This document shows, in pieces, positions 57,353 to 64,000 of a stretch of DNA of 64,000 nucleotides (position 1 is the first letter of the stretch; every line of letters starts with the position of its first letter). Made by a program: the position numbers and the translations under genes. Origin of the DNA: the human T2T-CHM13v2.0 reference genome, Homo sapiens; assembly GCA_009914755.4 (NCBI GenBank), contig CP068257.2:36800001-36864000 (forward strand), in the 5' to 3' direction. The notes under the pieces were generated by a model that was given only the letters and a program-made list of their open reading frames with translations, was not told the DNA's origin and made no database searches.

Positions 57353-60300
57353 AATAGGAAGTAAGTTGGAAAACATGAGCCAACTGACTTTTTTTTCCTT
57401 AGACAGCTAAAGAAGAGTGGTTAGAAGTTTACTCACAAGTAAATCTTTTAAGGAGCGTTTACTTCCCAGAAACAGCAATGAGATCTTGGAGGGGCAATTC
57501 TTGTCAACTGTGCATCATCAATGGAGTTTAACTGTGAGAGGTAAAACCCATTGTTGGTCCCGACTCCACCAACCCAAATGGTCATATCTGAGGACTTCCT
57601 GTGGTTCTCCCGCCCCCACCCTCTCCACGGCATTTACTGCTCCTGTATACCCTGGACTTCTCGACAGGAAATGGCAAATTCCTCAGTAGGAAAGCCAAGA
57701 AGTGGGAGGTCACATGGAGACTGGAAGTTCATTGCGTGCAGCCCCTCCAGGTGACAGGCGACACCGCCTCTGCATGTTGAGTGCCTTTGTGACACATGAT
57801 CTCCTTGTCTCATGACCACAGGCAGCAGGGTCCTGATGAGTGCCCTGGAGAGAACTGTCCTCCCACCCCTGGGTGACACAGAGTCTCAGAAGCCAGCAGA
57901 GGTGCTGCACCAAAGGCTCAGACTTTCACCCTGCCTCTCTTCTCCTCAACTCTTTGCCCTAAAAAACATGTGCTTTGAGGGTGTGTTGAAAATCTCACTA
58001 AGTCAAATGATGCCTGTGGGGCAGAAATAACCCTTGCTCTGAAAGGGTCACCAAAAAGTCATGAGACTCCTACCTGTATGGAAGGTGGTGACTATATAGC
58101 CCTTGTATAAACAAACAAATACGGTGAAAGACTTGGCTCCATTTTTTTTTTTTGTCTGTTCGTTATTTTTTGGAGAAAACGTTGTGATAAGAAGCCTTTA
58201 GCCTACAAAAATGTCTCTAGATTAATGATAATTTATCTCACTTTTCTCAGTGAAACAGATGAATCAAAGAAAGTGAAGCATCGTAGACAATATAGGACCT
58301 TCCTGATAACATCTAACATTTAATAACGTGATCACAGCGTGGCGGCTCTAAAAGACATGCACATGTGAATTAATGCATCTAACCTGCACACTAGCTACCA
58401 TTATGCCCATTTTAAAGATGAGGAAAACTGAGACTCCAAAAATTAAATAAGTTGCCTAGAGCATCTTGCCAGTTAATGCACCAGAATTCTAAGCCAGCTG
58501 CCTGGTTCCAAAGCGCATGCCCATAAACGCGGAACATAATGCACCAAATGGCCTAGAACTGAAACGACTGCAAAAATAAGTCAACATATGAGAAACTAGA
58601 GAATATATAAAGCCAGCCCCACCATAATCAGTGGCAAGGGATGGGAGATGGGAAGAAGGGAGAAGGGAAGGGAAGCTAAATAATTTCAGTTTTTCTCTGT
58701 GCCTTTAATTCCTGTCCCCTGAAGATGACACGCTCATTTTAGTAGCAACCCATGACCAAGATGCATTCCCCAAGCTTTTCGCACCTGACAGAAAGGGACT
58801 CGGTGTCCAGGACTGTGCCCGATTACAATCAAAGCAGATGGACCCTTCCTTAGGGTAGGGCTGTTCTTCTGACAGCCTCCTCTGTGAAACTAGATTATAA
58901 GAGGATGTGCTGCTCTCAGACACCCTCTGCCTGTCCCCGCCTTGGGGTCCTTGCCTTTGCCATTCCCCTGGTCCGCATCACTCCTCCGAGGCATTTGCAA
59001 ACCTTGTTCTCACCTTTTCTTTGGGTCTCTGTCTGACAGGCCTTGCCCGATCATGTTCTCTAAACTAGAGGTCCCGCCCCCCGGCCACCTGGCTCTATCA
59101 TGTTCCCTACCTTCCCTCCTAAGGCTCCTGACTTCCTGCCACACTCTGTCTTCGTTGAGCTGTGATCTATTTGTCAGTCTCCCCCATCTGCATCCCCCTG
59201 ATTGACAGCACTGAGTGAGCCCAGCTGTCCTGCTGCTCATGCCCCTCAGCACCCATGAGCCTAGTGGGTGCCCAGTAAATCCTTAGTGAGTAAATGAATG
59301 AGTCAATTTCCACACACCAAATCCCAAAGGGATAAAAAGACATTGCCTTTCTGCCATTTCTTGGAAGAATTTTTTGAGACAAACTAAAGAAAGGAAGCTA
59401 CTTGTTATTAAATTTTTAAAAATCTGCCTACTATTTTCAGGCAAATATGTCATGATGACATCTATGAAATCTCTGAAATTAAAGAGAAGCCTGACGTTTC
59501 ACAGGAATTAAATGAAGTTGCTGCATCACAGGTGCTCCCTGCCACAGGGCTCCGTGTGGCAGCAGCAAACAGAACTCCTCGCTGCTTAGGTGTAGTCCTT
59601 AGGAATGAAAATCTGAACGTAGTACGTTAAAAAAAAAAATCTTCAAAAGCAAACAAAGCCCTAAGTGTCGCTGTGTATTATCAGGGCAGGGTCCTCCTCA
59701 GAGAGAGGCGGGCTGCAATCGCCCCTACACCTTTCACCAAGTGCCTCGCTTCAGGGGTCCCATTGTCTCCACGTTTAGGTTTAGGAGCCTGGCTCTTCGT
59801 AACACCAGCGAAACATGTTCTCCTAAAGATGTTCCCTGAGATACAACACCACTCCGCATTGTTTCACCACATACCAGCATTAATATCCCAGAGTAATCCA
59901 CCCTCCTCTTAACGGCTGATGACGGCTCCAATGGCCATGCAAAAATCAGTTGAAGGAAAGGGAAGTCTTGTCGGAAATGAGATTAGTCTTGTAACGAGTG
60001 TTCAGCCCTGATAACCCATCTGGGCACAGAACTGCTTAAACTGGAGAGCAATTAACCTTCACCCGACAAGCTCTGTCCAACCGTTATAAACATTAAAGAG
60101 ACAGAATCCTTCCCCCCTCCTTGTAGACTAAACAACCAGATTTGAAATTCCACGTAAACGGCCTCTTTCTGCAGATGTGCACCAACAACAACGTTTAGGG
60201 GGAAAAGGTGGGCAATGGCTCTGTTCATAACTCTGGTAACTTTTGGCCTTGGTGTGAGTGGGCTGAGGTTATTAGCGTAAAAATTAACTGGAGGTATTTC

Positions 60301-60394
60301 CAATAAAATCACCAGGTTTAGGGGACTGGACATAGTTGCTTTCATGCAGAAACCCATGTGTCCTATAGGAACACAACTTGATGCTTGAGATATT

Positions 60395-60714
60395 CTTTTT
60401 TCTTTTCTTTCTTTCCTTTTTTTTTTTTTTTTTTTTTTTTGAGACAGAGTCTCACTCTGTCGCCCAGGCTGGATTGCACTGGTGCGCTCATGGCTCACTG
60501 CAACCTTGACCTCCCCAGGCTCAGGTAATCCTCCTACCTCCACCTCCCAAGTAGCTGGGACCGCAGGCGAAGGCCACCATGCCCCACTAATTTTTCTGTT
60601 TTTTGTAGAGACAAGGTTTCACCATGTTGGCTAGGTTGGTCTCGCTCAAGCGATCCACCCACCTTGGCCTCCCAAAATGTTGGGATGACAGGCGTGAGTC
60701 ACTGCGCCTGGACT
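60395..60714 (-). mobile_element. Alu SINE (AluJ/S-like), antisense orientation, with a long (CTTT)n/poly-T head
   Basis: Runs from t26 through gagacagagtctcactctgtcgcccaggctggattgcactggtgcgctcatggctcactgcaacc to ...ggcctcccaaaatgttgggatgacaggcgtgagtcactgcgcctgg. Confidence 0.88.
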
Positions 60715-63700
60715 TCTTTTTTCAACAGTAGAAATATTTGCACTGGGCTAGACTCTCACTCACTCCCAATTCCTCTCTTCCGACATTTGCATGAGTGATG
60801 CTGCTTGTGGTCACAGAAGGGAGATTTTTTTTTTAATCTCCGAGAAGTTATTGGTTTTCATGGGGAGCAAACCTGTGATCTTGCCTTTATCAGCATTTGC
60901 CGTAACCAGTCGAGTTAACCAAGTTGGGCCATGTGAAATACCGAGTGGTTAGAGAATCTACCAGGAAACCTACTGTTAAAAATAACTTTCACAACACTGA
61001 AGAGAAATAGCTGAGGTCACTTAATTTATCACTCAGGCATGAGCTTTCTTTAGCATCAGTTCATGCTGAGCCATTGGCTTGTTTATGGACATGATACTAA
61101 CAATAAATAGGTAAAGGGTAAGGGCCCTATGACATAGAGCTGGCTACAAACCAATGTGGGGTACACAATATGCCTAGCATTTAAACAAGAAAAAAATGTA
61201 AAGTACATGCAGAAAGTCATATGAGGGAACCAAACCTCTATGTTACTGACCTGTTAATGTGACTGCAACTCAGATTTTTTTAAATAGAAAGAAAAAAGGA
61301 AAACATATATTTAGCATGTCCTAAACAAATTTATCTCCCCAAGGTTTTAGTGCAATCTTCATGATGACCTGAGATAGCTATCAAAATAGTCCATCCTAAC
61401 ATTCGATCTTATCTCTCCCTTGAACCCAGTTTCTCTTTTTCCAGTAGGTAAGTCATAATACTCCAGGCCTCAGAGACGTGTTTGCACACAACGAGGCTGA
61501 GCCTATCTCACTTATAAGGATGACATATCTCACTCATGCTGGACTCCAGACCGGCCCCAATAACAGTTTTGGAGAGTGGCATGGTAGAGGATGTGTGTTA
61601 CATGGGAAGTACTACTGTACCCTGGGACAAGATATCCTGGCAACAGGTCTTGTTTTCATGGTTTGCATTTACATGCTTAACTGTTCCTTTTCCTGCCTTT
61701 GTAAGACTAAGAAAATCCTTACTGTACAGAGAAGGAACTGTGAAAATAGAGCAAGTGGGACTGACTCTCACATTGCAGGGATATGCACCATCTCCATTTT
61801 TGCAGCCAAATTAGATGCAAGCCCAGGATTCCACTGGCCTGGTTCTCCCAGGAACACTGGGAGTTTCTTGGTGTCTTAGCTTGAGGTGAGGTGAAGATGG
61901 GCTATGGGCACGTGAGCTGACCAGTTTTTCATCCTGTGTGCATTGGACGTAGACAAGGGCACACACAGACATGACAAGAATCCATGACCTAGCTCCTAAT
62001 GTAAATCTTCTTTCCCAAGACAATCTTGCAGAGCCCTCATGGTCAGTGATAAGAGGAACTTCAATTTTTATTTGGAATCTGACCCATTTCATAAGAATGA
62101 GTAACACCTGAATATTTAGGTGCAGATATCAAAGACAGAAGACAAAAAGAAATCATAGTGTTTGACAATAATATTAGTATAGGATGCCGTTTTATGAGTT
62201 CAGTCTTAGGACTGTGTAGGTGCAACGTGAAGACTTTCCTGAAGACAGCCACATGAATCATTTTTCATAGGATGTAATCACCACTGTCATCCATTAGTCC
62301 AGGCTTGACACATAGAATGGGGGTGACTGGCTGCCTAAGTAACAAACTCCCCACGTGTGCTTCTGACGAACTGTGTGGGCTGCCCTAAGCTTTTGCATGT
62401 CTCGACACTTACCAAGTAAAATGATGAGATAAGGAAAACCACAACATCATACTCAGTATCTTGTGAAACTGAAATGGTTGCAGAGTAAACACTTTGCCTT
62501 ACAGTGATTTTATTTTGACTATTATGCTGGATTTAACAATATAATGGTTAATATCCATGCTATAAAGTTTTATTTTTTCATCAACAAAACTAATTGCATT
62601 GGCACTTTCAAAATGTTGTTTGCACATAAATGATTTATACTTAAGTATGAGTGTAACAATCTTGCCATCAGGACCTGGTCTGTTGGGAGATATCAGTGAA
62701 TGGAGCCTGGCTCTTCCAATGGGCAACCGTTGTTTGTTGGTGAAGCTGCCACCCTTGAGACCTGCCTGGTCTCCTTCCCACCTGTAGCTGGCTAAGTAGT
62801 GTCTCCCCACAATTCACGTCCACCTGGAACCTCAGAATATGACCTTATTTAGAAGTAGGATCTTTGCAGATGTAATTAATGATTAAAATGAGATCATAGA
62901 TTAGGGTAGGTTCTAAATCCAGTGAGAGCATCCTCATAAGAGGCTGAGCAGGACACACAGAAACATAAAGAAGAAGGTCGTGGGATGACAAAAGCAGAGA
63001 CGGAAGGGATGCATCTACAGCAGTCTCCCCTTATCCACGGGGGACACACTACAAGACCCCCAGGGGATGTCTGAAACCTCAGACAGGACTGAACCCAACT
63101 GCCATTAACTGGAACACTTTCTGTTCCATCCACAAATGCAATACCTTTTCCATCTTAACTAAGCACTTACTATCCACTGTGGTCATCAGTTTTGCAGTTT
63201 GAGGTGCAACGGCAAAACAAGCACAGATTTCTTTTTATTTCTTCAAACTTCAAAGACAGAAGATTCATTCTTACTGTACATCTTAGCAACCACAGCATAT
63301 GATCTTTTTCCTTGTAAGTACAGAACTTTCACCTTTTCACTGAAAGAAAGCACTTTACGGCTTCTCTTTAACATACCCGGAATTGCCAGGATCAGTCCTC
63401 TTGTGCCTTGGGGCTACTACTGAATAAAAGAAGGGCTACCTACACATAAGCACTGTGATACCGTGACAGTCGATCCCATAACCAAGAGGGCTACTCGGTG
63501 ACTAACAGGCAGGTAGCATCTGTAGCATGGATACGGTGGACAAAAGGGGAATTCATGTCCTGGGTGGAGCAGGGCAGGATGGTACAAGACTTCATCATGC
63601 TACTTAGCATGGTGAACAATTTAAGACGTATGATTCATTTATTTCTAGAAATGGCCATCTAATATCTTCAGACAGCAGATGAAACTGCCAGAAACCATGG

Positions 63701-64000
63701 AAAGTGGAATCGCGGATAAGAGAGGACTACTGTCCAAGCCAAGGAACACAGGGCTTGCAGGCAACCCCCGGAGCTGGAGGAGGCACCAGATGCATCCTTC
63801 CTCACAGCCTCCAGAAGGGACCAACCCAGCCAACACCTCGATTTTGGATTTCTGGACTCCCAAGCTATAACAGAATAAATTTATCTTGCTTTAAGCCACT
63901 AGGTTGTAATAATTTGTCACAGCTATCCTGAGAAACTGGTACAGTACTTGTGGATGCTGTTTTTAACAAAAATTTTGCCACTTTAGGGCACTATATGGCC

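Noticed and set aside
60052-60543. A 163-aa minus ORF
   Set aside because: It runs through an antisense Alu and its poly-T/(CTTT)n head (a [14 protein letters not shown] stretch). It is repeat-derived.

Overview
This window is human (or very closely related hominid) nuclear DNA, not a prokaryotic or accessory-element region. About 26 Alu elements or fragments, two 5'-truncated L1 3' ends, MIR/L2/MER5-type ancient repeats and many microsatellites make up most of it. Reading the minus strand, two GC3-biased coding exons with textbook splice sites encode '...[73 protein letters not shown]' (218 bp, 28846-29063) and '[50 protein letters not shown]' (152 bp, 6827-6978). These are ERG (ETS transcription factor, 21q22) exon 4 and exon 5 in the numbering used in the TMPRSS2-ERG literature. 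The window is therefore an internal slice of ERG transcribed right-to-left: part of intron 5 (1-6826), exon 5, intron 4 (about 21.9 kb), exon 4, and the 3'-most ~35 kb of intron 3 (29064-64000), which is the intron that must break to give the common TMPRSS2 exon 1 to ERG exon 4 fusion. No other coding exon was found; all the other ORFs in the six-frame track look like read-through, repeat-derived or chance ORFs. I see nothing that qualifies as a previously undescribed biological system. The points worth a second look are structural. They include a zero-spacer inverted Alu pair, an L1-internal dinucleotide seed expanded into a ~550-bp higher-order repeat, a recent 115-bp tandem duplication, two pure poly(A)-terminated blocks that may be retroposed fragments (one CpG-retaining), and inverted Alus flanking exon 4.
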